Assembly: GCA_029063695.1 (NCBI GenBank)
Contig: JAIDNR010000308.1
Span: 1-35,255 of the forward strand
Reading direction: 5' to 3'
From: Ruminococcus sp.
GTDB lineage: Bacteria; Bacillota; Clostridia; Oscillospirales; Ruminococcaceae
DNA: 35,255 nucleotides
Below the pieces are notes generated by a model that was not told the DNA's origin, searched no databases, and saw only the letters and a list, made by a program, of their open reading frames with translations. A program made the position numbers and the translations under genes. This document shows, piece by piece, positions 8,433-17,454 of the stretch; the stretch's first letter is position 1, and each line of letters begins with the position of its first letter.

Positions 8433-10226
8433 TTATTTTTTCTTTAATAAAAATATCCTGCCGCTGTATGGCGGAATATCCATAACAAGTTTATCACCAT
8501 TTCTTGTGAATGTCGCTTTATTGTCAACTGTACTTCCGCCAAATTTGCAATCATCGGAATCAAGCAGAAGTTTTTCTTTCCAGTCGTCACCTACCGTTAT
8601 GGAATAATCTTTCTGATTCCAGTCAGAGAAATTCATGACAGCTAAAATATGACCCTGTGCACTTTTCCTGCGGATTGCATACACACATCTGTCAGCCGAA
8701 TTGCAGTCAGACCATTCAAAATTCAGAGGGTCAAAATCATAGTGCAGGGCATTGTATTTTAGATAAATCATATTCAGAGATTTTATATATTCCCTGAAAG
8801 CATCGTGTACAGGATATTTCAACATAGACCAGTCCTGTTCACGCTTTTCGTCCCATTCACGGAGCTGTCCGAATTCATTTCCCATAAAGTTAAGCTTTTT
8901 GCCCGGGTGAACTGTCATATACATATACAAAGCCCTTGCCTGTGGGAACTTATTATCATAATCGCCGTTCATTTTCTGAACTATAGTCGCTTTTCCATGT
9001 ACAACTTCATCATGCGAAAACGGCATAATAAATCTTTCACTGTAAAAATATATCATTGAAAAAGTAAGCTTATGATAATCACGGGTGCGGTACATAGGCG
9101 AACACTGGAAATATTCAAGTGTATCGTGCATCCAGCCCAAATCCCATTTATAGTCAAAGCCAAGTCCGCCGTTTTCAAGTGATTCCGTTACATGAGGATA
9201 GGCAGATGAATCCTCAGCTATAAGCATTGCCGACGGGTGACGAACTTTAAGACCTCTGTTCATATTTCTTACAAAGTTTATAGCTATATGATTTTCCCCT
9301 CTGTGTTCATCACCATTCCAGTAAATTATATTGCGTACTGCGTCCATACGCAAGCCGTCAAAGTGGTATATACTGAGCCAGTAATCAGCCGCCGACTGCA
9401 AAAATGAACGGACTTCGCCTTTGGAGTGCATAAAATTACGGCTTCCCCATTCATTATATCCGATGGAATCATCAGGATATTCATAGAGCTTTGTACCATC
9501 ATATTCGGTAAGTCCATAGTGGTCAACGGCAAAATGAACAGGCACAAAATCCATTATCACTCCTATATTGTTCTTATGGCATTTGTCAACAAGTTCCATC
9601 AACTGCTGCGGTGTACCGTATCGTGAAGTAGGTGCAAAGAATCCTGTTACCTGATAACCCCAGGATTCATCACAAGGGTGTTCGCTGAGAGGCATAAATT
9701 CTATAAAGTTATATCCGCATTCCAGAACATAATTTATTAATTCGTCCGCTATTTCCGAATAATTGTACCATTCCGCACATCCCTCCTTCGGTTCTGGTTT
9801 ACGCCATGAGCCAAGATGTACCTCATAAATATTCATCGGCTTATCCCTGCCGTCTGTACGCTTATTGAGCCATCTTGTATCATGAAACTTATAATCCAGA
9901 CTGCGTATTACAGAACACGTTCCCGGACGGAGTTCACTGCTGTATCCGTATGGGTCACAGTGGTCTATAAAATTGCCTTTTTTATCGTAAATTCTGTACT
10001 TGTAACGCATACCCTCTTTTGCTTCGTTACAATAAAGTTCATAGAAATTCCCGTCCGCAACCTGTTCCATAGGAATATCTTTCCATTCACTGAAATCGCC
10101 GATAACAGAAACTTTCACTGCATTCGGTGCATAAGTTCTGAACATTGTCCCCTTGTTTTGGAGATGTCCTCCCAAATACTCATACGCATTGAAACAGTCA
10201 CCCTTATAAAAACCATAAATATCCAT
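8433..10226 (-). CDS. glgB: 1,4-alpha-glucan branching enzyme (GH13, short form)
   Basis: NIYEVHLGSW, SWGYQVTGFFAPTSRYG, DGLRMDAV, IAEDS, FSHDEVVHGK, HPGKKLNFMGNE; ATG at 10226 with AAGGTG RBS. Confidence 0.95.
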   Translation of the reverse strand: MDIYGFYKGDCFNAYEYLGGHLQNKGTMFRTYAPNAVKVSVIGDFSEWKDIPMEQVADGNFYELYCNEAKEGMRYKYRIYDKKGNFIDHCDPYGYSSELRPGTCSVIRSLDYKFHDTRWLNKRTDGRDKPMNIYEVHLGSWRKPEPKEGCAEWYNYSEIADELINYVLECGYNFIEFMPLSEHPCDESWGYQVTGFFAPTSRYGTPQQLMELVDKCHKNNIGVIMDFVPVHFAVDHYGLTEYDGTKLYEYPDDSIGYNEWGSRNFMHSKGEVRSFLQSAADYWLSIYHFDGLRMDAVRNIIYWNGDEHRGENHIAINFVRNMNRGLKVRHPSAMLIAEDSSAYPHVTESLENGGLGFDYKWDLGWMHDTLEYFQCSPMYRTRDYHKLTFSMIYFYSERFIMPFSHDEVVHGKATIVQKMNGDYDNKFPQARALYMYMTVHPGKKLNFMGNEFGQLREWDEKREQDWSMLKYPVHDAFREYIKSLNMIYLKYNALHYDFDPLNFEWSDCNSADRCVYAIRRKSAQGHILAVMNFSDWNQKDYSITVGDDWKEKLLLDSDDCKFGGSTVDNKATFTRNGDKLVMDIPPYSGRIFLLKKK

Positions 10227-10264
10227 CAAGTTCACCTTTCCTTATAAAAATTCAACTGAAAATA

Positions 10265-10293
10265 TTGACAACAGAATATTAATATACTATAAT
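10265..10293 (+). promoter_or_regulatory. Consensus sigma-A promoter of tetR
   Basis: TTGACA-17 nt-TATAAT exact consensus. Confidence 0.8.
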
Positions 10294-10295
10294 AT

Positions 10296-10324
10296 ATTAT
10301 AAGATAATGATTGATAAATTTCAA
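10296..10324 (-). promoter_or_regulatory. Putative sigma-A promoter of glgB
   Basis: TTGAAA-17 nt-TATAAT on minus strand. Confidence 0.7.
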
Positions 10325-10391
10325 TAAGCAATTATTTACTAATATCAATTAAACAACAGCAGTCTAAAAAAGTCTAATTATGAGGTGTACT

Positions 10392-10931
10392 ATGGATTTA
10401 CGTATTGAAAAAACAAAATGTGCTATAAGAAATGCATTTTTACAGCTTCGTTCAAAAAAACCACTCGAAAAAATCACCGTCAAAGAACTTTCCATGCTTG
10501 CGAACATAAATAAAGCTACATTCTATCTGCACTACCATGATATTTATGATTTGTCTGAAACTTTGGAGCGTGACGTTGTGCAAAGCTGTCTTGATGGTAT
10601 TGAACGTCCTGAAAATATTTTCAAAGATAATAAGAGCTTTATAAAAGAACTTACTGAATCCTTTGTTGCAAACGAACAGCTTATTAAAATTCTCTTTGAG
10701 GGCAACAGAAGCAGTAGCTTTATGGATTTGTTTGAAGAGGAACTGTACAAAATAATCTATATAGCCTATCCGGATTATCAACCCAGTGCCGAAAATAAAA
10801 TGACTATGACATTTCTTATCTATGGCGGATATTATACTTATTTCAAACATCATGAGCAGAGCATTAATGCTGTTTTTGATGTCATTGAAAGATTTTCAGA
10901 TGCAATTACTGAAATGCACAAAGACCAGTAA
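10392..10931 (+). CDS. TetR/AcrR family transcriptional regulator
   Basis: MDLRIEKTK...KITVKELSMLANINKATFYLHYHDIYDL HTH; GAGGTG RBS before ATG 10392. Confidence 0.92.
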   Translation: MDLRIEKTKCAIRNAFLQLRSKKPLEKITVKELSMLANINKATFYLHYHDIYDLSETLERDVVQSCLDGIERPENIFKDNKSFIKELTESFVANEQLIKILFEGNRSSSFMDLFEEELYKIIYIAYPDYQPSAENKMTMTFLIYGGYYTYFKHHEQSINAVFDVIERFSDAITEMHKDQ

Positions 10932-10975
10932 AAAACAAACGCATTCTCTTATTTCAGGGAATGCGTTTTTTGTTT
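10932..10975. terminator. Bidirectional terminator between tetR and the SBP gene
   Basis: AAACGCATTC...GAATGCGTTT stem flanked by A-run and T-run between convergent genes. Confidence 0.85.
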
Positions 10976-12611
10976 AATCATAATTCAGTGCAAGTCTGTA
11001 ATCAACCGACCCCGTAAAAGGGTCATATATTATCTGTTCATTATCCTTATCAGCAATCAGGTAGGAATTTTTATAAAACAGCGGAATAAACAGACCACTG
11101 TCTATTATTGTACTTTCCGCAGAAGTACACGACTGAATGACTTCATCAACGGAATTACAGCACATAAGTGATGACGAAAGCTTTTCTTCGGGAACTGTTT
11201 TTTCAAGGCATTTTGTATTTTCAAATTCACGTATTACGGAAACCGCATTTGCACTTCTGCCTTTTACAGGATAAAGTGCGATACTGTAATCTCCGTCGGC
11301 AATACGCTGATAAAATTCATCGGGCGTAACATCTTCAATACTTATATATAATCCTAAAATATCCTGCCATTGCTGTGATATTAAATGCAGACAAGCTGAA
11401 TTAACAGTTTCTGCATTGACCAGTATTCTGACGGATTCAACAGTTTCCGTTTTCAGTTCTTTTTTGGCAGTATTACAGCAGTTGACTGCTTCTTCTTTAT
11501 TATATGAAACAAACTGCTTGTCCGAAACAAGTTCTCTGTAACTTCTTCCATGAAATTTCACAGCGGGAGGAATTATTCCGCCTGCAATCTGCAAATCGCT
11601 GTCAAGTTCATTGCTAACTGAATCCCTGTCTATTGCAAGTGAAAGTGCTTTTCTCAGATTTTCATTTGAAAAGTATTTATCTTTCGTATTGAAAATAAGT
11701 CCCAGAGTAGTTGCACTTATACCGTTTACCGAATATTTTTCAGTATTATAAGCAGACGCATCAGGAGTAGTAAAGCATTCTATCTCATCTTTCTTGAAAA
11801 TCTCACGTATATCGGATTCACTTCTTTCAATGGTAAAGCTGAGAAATGACGGTGCAATATCGAATGTTTCACTCCAGTTTGCATCATTTCTTTTCATATA
11901 AAGAATGTTATTATTGCCGTAATCATCATAAAACCATTGTCTCACATAAAATGCACCGTTTGACATAACAGACCTGTCATCAAGTCCGTATCTTCCTTTG
12001 GTAGAATTAAAAAATTCTTCATTGCATGGATAAGAGGCAGGTGATGCCATGAGACTTAAAAACTCCACATTCGGTCTTTCAAGGACTATCATAAGTGTAT
12101 GTTCATCAGCGGCAAGAATTTCTGCCGAACTCACAGGTTCTTCACCATAAATTACAGACGATGCACCCATTATGCACATAAACTCTCCGGCATAAGGTGA
12201 TTTCATTTTAGGGTCAAGAATACGTTGAAGTGCAAAAACATAGTCTTTTGCAGTAACAGGGAAATATTCATCTTCGGTTATAACATCATCGTCATTCACA
12301 TCAAAAAACCAGAAATTATCATCTTTCAGCCTGAATGTGTATATAAGTCCATCATCTGAAACAGTATAGCTTTCAGCATTACAGCAGACTACATTACCAC
12401 TACTGTCAATCTGCATAAGTCCGCTGTAAAGATTCTTTATTACTGTATTAGATGACGGGTCATCGGCAAACTGTGGGTCAAGACTTTCGGGATTTCCCAG
12501 CAGTGGTGCGTTATACATATGCCCCGTGCCGTCACCTCTGCTGTCATTTCCGCATGACACCAGAGAAGCGGCACATATTATTATACCTAAAAAAAGCGAT
12601 ACTCTTTTCAA
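10974..12611 (-). CDS. Family 5 peptide ABC transporter substrate-binding lipoprotein (OppA/MppA-like)
   Basis: Lipobox LVSC; PESLDPQ, NLYSGL, VSDDGLIYTFRL, VTAKDYVFALQRILDP, SNGAFY, NLRKALSLAIDR. Confidence 0.9.
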   Translation of the reverse strand: MKRVSLFLGIIICAASLVSCGNDSRGDGTGHMYNAPLLGNPESLDPQFADDPSSNTVIKNLYSGLMQIDSSGNVVCCNAESYTVSDDGLIYTFRLKDDNFWFFDVNDDDVITEDEYFPVTAKDYVFALQRILDPKMKSPYAGEFMCIMGASSVIYGEEPVSSAEILAADEHTLMIVLERPNVEFLSLMASPASYPCNEEFFNSTKGRYGLDDRSVMSNGAFYVRQWFYDDYGNNNILYMKRNDANWSETFDIAPSFLSFTIERSESDIREIFKKDEIECFTTPDASAYNTEKYSVNGISATTLGLIFNTKDKYFSNENLRKALSLAIDRDSVSNELDSDLQIAGGIIPPAVKFHGRSYRELVSDKQFVSYNKEEAVNCCNTAKKELKTETVESVRILVNAETVNSACLHLISQQWQDILGLYISIEDVTPDEFYQRIADGDYSIALYPVKGRSANAVSVIREFENTKCLEKTVPEEKLSSSLMCCNSVDEVIQSCTSAESTIIDSGLFIPLFYKNSYLIADKDNEQIIYDPFTGSVDYRLALNYD

Positions 12612-12632
12612 ATTACTCTCATTTCTTTCCGA

Positions 12633-13679
12633 TTATTCTATAACTGTAACGATGAATCCGTCAGAATTATTTCCCGAAACCGTATATATCTTATTTGACG
12701 GAACAAGTATTTCATTTTCATCAGACTTTTCAGCCGCCATATAGTATACGCTGTAATTTCTGCCGTTTGATGTGATTTGAAGCGGATTATCAATAGTATG
12801 TACTTTTAATTCTTCAATATACTCTTCCATGCAGAGATTATTTGAACTGATGTATGATGCGTGCGGAATACCGACATATCTGTATGTATAAGCTCTCGGC
12901 TTTTCACCTGTAATTTCCTGTTTATCCTCAGGAAAACGCACTATAAAGCCGTAGTTTTCTGCATTTTCCGCAAACCACTCATACTTTCCTTCAGCAGAGA
13001 AATATGCAAATCCCGTACCGCTTTCACTGTCATTATAGAACATATCAAATGTACGTCCAGTATGATAATCGGTGTAGCCTGCTTCAAAAGTTCGTGACTT
13101 TCCTGTGTTATGGCGTTCAACCTGTTCCTCATAGGTTCTATAGCCGTCCTGCACAAATATATTGGTAGTTTCAAGATTATTTTCTTTGGCATATGCTTCA
13201 ATCATTTCATTGAGATGATAGAGTGCCGTTTTGTCAAGCGATGTAACATAGTCACCTGAGGAATAATAGTCATTCTTATTGTCACGCAAAGCAACAACAT
13301 CAATATCGTCACTGAAGAATTTATATTCATATTCGGCATTTACAAGAACAAGGTCGCCTTTATAAATATCATCATAAGTATGGGATTCTTTTTTATAGCC
13401 GTCAAGTGTTTCAGGTTCAGCGGTTGTTGTCTGAACTTCATTTGTTGTGATTTCAGACGGTTCTGTATCTGTACTGTCCGACGGATTTTCAGGTACATCA
13501 CTTGATTCATCGGGCGAACTTTCCATATAATTATTATTATTAATATCAGGTTCATTTCCGCCGAAAATAGCTTTTGTACATGATGTGACAATTACAGCGA
13601 TTGTCACCAGAATCAGCACTGCAATAACAACCCTGTCATATCTTACACGGTACTTTTTCTTTTTGTATCCTTTTGACAT
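12633..13679 (-). CDS. Membrane-anchored M15B (VanY/LdcB-type) carboxypeptidase homologue, probably catalytically degenerate
   Basis: Basic N-terminus + TM helix, acidic linker, LVLVN, GYRTYEEQ, WFAENAENYGFIVRFPEDK, YRYVG; active-site motifs substituted. Confidence 0.85.
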   Translation of the reverse strand: MSKGYKKKKYRVRYDRVVIAVLILVTIAVIVTSCTKAIFGGNEPDINNNNYMESSPDESSDVPENPSDSTDTEPSEITTNEVQTTTAEPETLDGYKKESHTYDDIYKGDLVLVNAEYEYKFFSDDIDVVALRDNKNDYYSSGDYVTSLDKTALYHLNEMIEAYAKENNLETTNIFVQDGYRTYEEQVERHNTGKSRTFEAGYTDYHTGRTFDMFYNDSESGTGFAYFSAEGKYEWFAENAENYGFIVRFPEDKQEITGEKPRAYTYRYVGIPHASYISSNNLCMEEYIEELKVHTIDNPLQITSNGRNYSVYYMAAEKSDENEILVPSNKIYTVSGNNSDGFIVTVIE

Positions 13680-13733
13680 TTTGTTTTCTCCTTGTCTTTT
13701 TTCATCTTTTTTTAATCGCTTAAAGCCAATTAA

Positions 13734-13762
13734 ATTATATCACAAACGACAGATTATGTAAA
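13734..13762 (-). promoter_or_regulatory. Putative sigma-A promoter of M15-like/OppA-like operon
   Basis: TTTACA-17 nt-TATAAT with extended TG on minus strand. Confidence 0.7.
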
Positions 13763-13789
13763 GACTTTTTCCGTTTTTTCACCATTTTT

Positions 13790-14581
13790 TCACTCATCTG
13801 AATCCGACAATTTTTTCTTTCTGTATTCAGTCGGTGTACAGCCTCTGTGTTTTCGGAATTGCCTCATAAAATACGAGTCGCTTTCATATCCGCATTTTTC
13901 TGCAATTGCACTCACCGAAAGTTCAGTATCGACAAGCAACTGAGATGCATATATCAGACGGCTTTCAATAATATCCTGCTGAAATGTAGTTCCGAATGCA
14001 TCGGCATATATCCTGTGAAAATACGTCCTGCTTACAGCAAGCTTACGGCATGCCATATCAACAGACCATTCACGCAGAGGTGTATCGTATACAGAATTGC
14101 GAAGTTCTCTGAGCCCTGGATATTTTGGTATATTATCTCTTTCTGCTTTTATACTGCTGTGTGCATCTTCAAGACTGATTAATATGATACGCATATAAAG
14201 TTCGGAAAATTCGAATTTCCGTCGTTCCGACATATCATAATGGATTTTCATACTCTTTAAAGCAGATGCAATAATAAAATCATCGGGAAGTTCAACAGGT
14301 ATATCAAACGGAATATCCATATCAGTAATATACTGTCTGTCTGCCGATGACAGACGAAAGCAGACCATATCATATTTAAGTCCTTTGCTTGCTAAACCTC
14401 TGAAATATTGTTTTTTTCCGCCTGAATAGAGTATCGCCGTACAGCCACTGTACACTCTTTCTATACCACCTATACTGAATATAACAGGATTGCGGAAAAG
14501 ATACAGACAGTAATCCTGTTCTGCAATTCCTTTCACCGATTCCGCCTGTCTGTGGCTTAAAATTATCTTAGTGACTTTCAT
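13790..14581 (-). CDS. AraC family transcriptional regulator
   Basis: C-terminal AraC HTH: VSRTYFHRIY...SVSAIAEKCGYESDSYFMRQFRKHRGCTPTEYR. Confidence 0.92.
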   Translation of the reverse strand: MKVTKIILSHRQAESVKGIAEQDYCLYLFRNPVIFSIGGIERVYSGCTAILYSGGKKQYFRGLASKGLKYDMVCFRLSSADRQYITDMDIPFDIPVELPDDFIIASALKSMKIHYDMSERRKFEFSELYMRIILISLEDAHSSIKAERDNIPKYPGLRELRNSVYDTPLREWSVDMACRKLAVSRTYFHRIYADAFGTTFQQDIIESRLIYASQLLVDTELSVSAIAEKCGYESDSYFMRQFRKHRGCTPTEYRKKKLSDSDE

Positions 14582-14596
14582 AATTTCACCCTAAAT

Positions 14597-14635
14597 CAAT
14601 CACCGCACAAAGTAATCTGCCCTGTGCGGTGATTG
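14597..14635 (-). terminator. Stem-loop after transketolase (weak terminator or mRNA-stabilising hairpin)
   Basis: 13-bp perfect stem CAATCACCGCACA/TGTGCGGTGATTG; only a short T-tail. Confidence 0.55.
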
Positions 14636-14638
14636 TGA

Positions 14639-15586
14639 TTATTTCAATTTAACTGCTTCCCTTGCTTTATCAGCAATATTTTCTGCTGAAAGACCGAACT
14701 TTTTAAGCAGGTCAACAGCAGGACCAGAATAGCCGTATTCATCATTAACGCCTACTTTAATAACAGGCACGGGACAGCACTCTGTTACGGCTTCTGCAAC
14801 TGCCGAACCAAGTCCACCGATTACGCTGTGTTCTTCAGCCGTAACAATTACACCTGTTTCTTCTGCACATTTACAGATAAGTTCCTTGTCAAGCGGCTTG
14901 ATTGTATGAATATTCACAACTCTTGCGGAAATACCCTCAGTTTCAAGAACCTTTGCTGCTTCAAGTGCTTCATTTACCATAAGACCTGTTGCAACTATAG
15001 TAACATCATTGCCGTCTTTCATTATAACGCCCTTGCCAAGCTCAAATTTATAAGTCTCACTGTCATTTATTACAGGTACTGCAAGTCTGCCGAATCGCAT
15101 ATACACAGGACCATTGAACTCTACAGCAGCTCTTACAGCGGCTCTTGCTTCAACATCATCGCATGGATTTATAATAGTCATTCCCGGAATTGTACGCATT
15201 AAAGCAATATCCTCGTTGCACTGGTGAGTTGCTCCGTCCTCGCCTACTGAAATTCCCGCATGAGTTGCACCGATTTTTACATTGAGATGAGGATAGCCGA
15301 TAGAATTTCTTACTATTTCATATGCTCTTCCTGCTGCAAACATTGCAAAAGTACTTGCAAAAGGAATTTTTCCACATGATGCAAGACCTGCCGCAACTCC
15401 CATCATATTGGCTTCTGCAATTCCGCAGTCAAAAAAACGTTCGGGATATGCTTTCTTGAAAATACCTGTTTTAGTAGCAGCAGCGAGGTCAGCATCAAGG
15501 ACAACTAAATTATTGTATTCCTCAGCAAGCTCTTTCAGTGATTCACCATAGCTGTCTCTGGTAGCCTTTTTGATTACATCTGCCAT
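14639..15586 (-). CDS. tkt: Transketolase, C-terminal subunit
   Basis: FFDCGIAEANM, ISVGEDGATHQ, GPVYMR, IHTIKPLD, TAEEHSVIGGLGSAV. Confidence 0.93.
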   Translation of the reverse strand: MADVIKKATRDSYGESLKELAEEYNNLVVLDADLAAATKTGIFKKAYPERFFDCGIAEANMMGVAAGLASCGKIPFASTFAMFAAGRAYEIVRNSIGYPHLNVKIGATHAGISVGEDGATHQCNEDIALMRTIPGMTIINPCDDVEARAAVRAAVEFNGPVYMRFGRLAVPVINDSETYKFELGKGVIMKDGNDVTIVATGLMVNEALEAAKVLETEGISARVVNIHTIKPLDKELICKCAEETGVIVTAEEHSVIGGLGSAVAEAVTECCPVPVIKVGVNDEYGYSGPAVDLLKKFGLSAENIADKAREAVKLK

Positions 15587-15590
15587 TATA

Positions 15591-16430
15591 TTAGTCCTCC
15601 AATTCCTTTAACTGTGCGGAAAGTTCCATCATAGCCTGTTCGTACTCCTCTTTATTCGGAGCTTTACCATGCCAGCCTACCTGATTTTCCATGAATGAAA
15701 CTCCCTTTCCCTTAACGGACTGCTGAATAATTGCAACAGGCTTTCCTGTGATTTTATCAGCCTCGGCAAATGCGGATTCAATGCTGTCAAAGTTATGAGC
15801 GTCCATTGTGATTACGTGCCAACCGAATGCGGAAAATTTGTCTGTAATCGGTTCAGGAGAACATACTTCCGTGATTGCACCGTCAATCTGGAGTCCGTTT
15901 CTGTCAACGATTGCAACAAGGTTATCAAGCTTATAATGTGCCGCAAACATAGCAGCTTCCCATACCTGACCCTCTTCAATCTCGCCGTCACCGAGTACTG
16001 AATAAACCTTGTAATTCTTATTATCAAGTTTTCCTGCAAGTGCCATACCGCAGGCTGCTGAAATTCCCTGACCGAGCGAACCGCTTGACATATCAACTCC
16101 CGGAGTATGAATACAAGGATGACCCTGAAGCATTGCACCGATGTGTCTGAGTGATTTCAGTTCATCTTCCGAAAAATATCCTTTCTGTGCAAGTACAGCA
16201 TAAAGTGCGGGAGCTGTATGACCTTTTGACAATACAAATCTGTCTCTGTCGGGATTTTCGGGGTCTGCTGAACTTACATTCATTTTGTTGAAATACAGAT
16301 AAGTCAGAAGGTCACTGATTGAGAGTGAACCGCCCGGATGACCTGATTTTGCGTTGTAAGTTCCCTCAATAACGCCCATTCTTACTTTGCAGGCAATTTT
16401 CTGCAAATTCTTTTTCATTGAATCTTCCAT
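15591..16430 (-). CDS. tkt: Transketolase, N-terminal subunit
   Basis: SGHPGGSLS, DRFVLSKGH, LQGHP, GSLGQG, TPP motif GDGEIEEGQVWE...N. Confidence 0.93.
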   Translation of the reverse strand: MEDSMKKNLQKIACKVRMGVIEGTYNAKSGHPGGSLSISDLLTYLYFNKMNVSSADPENPDRDRFVLSKGHTAPALYAVLAQKGYFSEDELKSLRHIGAMLQGHPCIHTPGVDMSSGSLGQGISAACGMALAGKLDNKNYKVYSVLGDGEIEEGQVWEAAMFAAHYKLDNLVAIVDRNGLQIDGAITEVCSPEPITDKFSAFGWHVITMDAHNFDSIESAFAEADKITGKPVAIIQQSVKGKGVSFMENQVGWHGKAPNKEEYEQAMMELSAQLKELED

Positions 16431-16454
16431 ATTTACCTCCGTTAAAATTTATAA

Positions 16455-16601
16455 TCAATCGTCCCAGCCAATATCATAGTCATACGACGCACTTTTGGCA
16501 TCATATCTTGCCTGTGCTTCTTTGGACTTCTTCACATATCCAAGCATGGACGGAACAAGAATTGCCATAAGGATAAAAATAATAGGCAGTTTCTTCATCA
16601 T
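16455..16601 (-). CDS. 48-aa small membrane protein with type IV pilin-like alpha1 segment (not in ORF track)
   Basis: MMKKLPIIFILMAILVPSMLGYVKKSKEAQARYDAKSASYDYDIGWDD; GGAGG RBS inside the HAD gene's 3' end; fills the intergenic gap. Confidence 0.65.
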   Translation of the reverse strand: MMKKLPIIFILMAILVPSMLGYVKKSKEAQARYDAKSASYDYDIGWDD

Positions 16602-16602
16602 T

Positions 16603-17430
16603 TTATTCACCCTCCGTTTTATCAATTATATAATTTATAAGTTCTGCAACAGCACCATTATCATTTGTACTGTCCAGCACAATATCGGAAATATTTTTTA
16701 CTGATTCCTCCGCATTTGCAGGGCATACGCCAATATCAGCATTGGCTATCATCTCAATGTCATTATCAAAATCACCGATTGCAACAAATGTAAAATCCGC
16801 CATACCGTCAAGCTTTCTGTACTCATTCAGTGCCGAGCCTTTGCTTATCCCTTTCGGTAACATCTCAAGAAAAATATCTGCTGAACGGACAAAATCAGCA
16901 TATTTGTAATACTCTAAACGTCTGATTTTATCTTCCAGTAAAGATACTCTTTCGGGTGCAAGTGCAAAAAGCACTTTCAGCCAGTCACCTTCAGGAATTT
17001 CGTCAATTTCCATATATTCGGGTTCTATACCGCATAAATTCGTGTGAAGCTGTTCGTACTCGTTATTGCTGAAAACATACGTCCCGTCTGTCCTCAGAAC
17101 TTCCCCTCCGCAGTCGCTCATGAAACTCATGATTTTCGCTGTCATTTCACGGCTTACTTTGGGTAAGGACTGCGAATATAGTATTTTTTCTGCGGAATAA
17201 TCATAAATCATTGCTCCGTTGTACATTATAACGGGCATTTTAAGATTAAGCAAACGCTGAGAACGTGCAAAGGTCTGTATCGTGCGACCTGTTGCAACCG
17301 TGAATTTTCCGCCAAATGACGTGAATTTCTCAATAGCTTTTCTGTCAGTATCACTAATCAGCTTTTTGGAGTTCAATAATGTTCCGTCCATATCGCTGAA
17401 AAGTATTACTTTTGTTATATCTTCAAACAA
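16603..17430 (-). CDS. Cof-type HAD-IIB family hydrolase
   Basis: FSDMDGTLL, VATGR, YNGA, ISKG, AIGDFDNDIEM; TTG start with AAGGGG RBS. Confidence 0.92.
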   Translation of the reverse strand: MFEDITKVILFSDMDGTLLNSKKLISDTDRKAIEKFTSFGGKFTVATGRTIQTFARSQRLLNLKMPVIMYNGAMIYDYSAEKILYSQSLPKVSREMTAKIMSFMSDCGGEVLRTDGTYVFSNNEYEQLHTNLCGIEPEYMEIDEIPEGDWLKVLFALAPERVSLLEDKIRRLEYYKYADFVRSADIFLEMLPKGISKGSALNEYRKLDGMADFTFVAIGDFDNDIEMIANADIGVCPANAEESVKNISDIVLDSTNDNGAVAELINYIIDKTEGE

Positions 17431-17454
17431 TCAGCAGTCCCCCCTTAAAAGCAA

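Noticed and set aside
14639-16430. Split transketolase as a frameshifted pseudogene
   Set aside because: Two-subunit transketolases are normal in Clostridia; both halves are complete and have RBSs
16495-16704. 69-aa plus-strand ORF from the track
   Set aside because: Antisense shadow of the HAD 3' end and the 48-aa minus-strand ORF; no RBS
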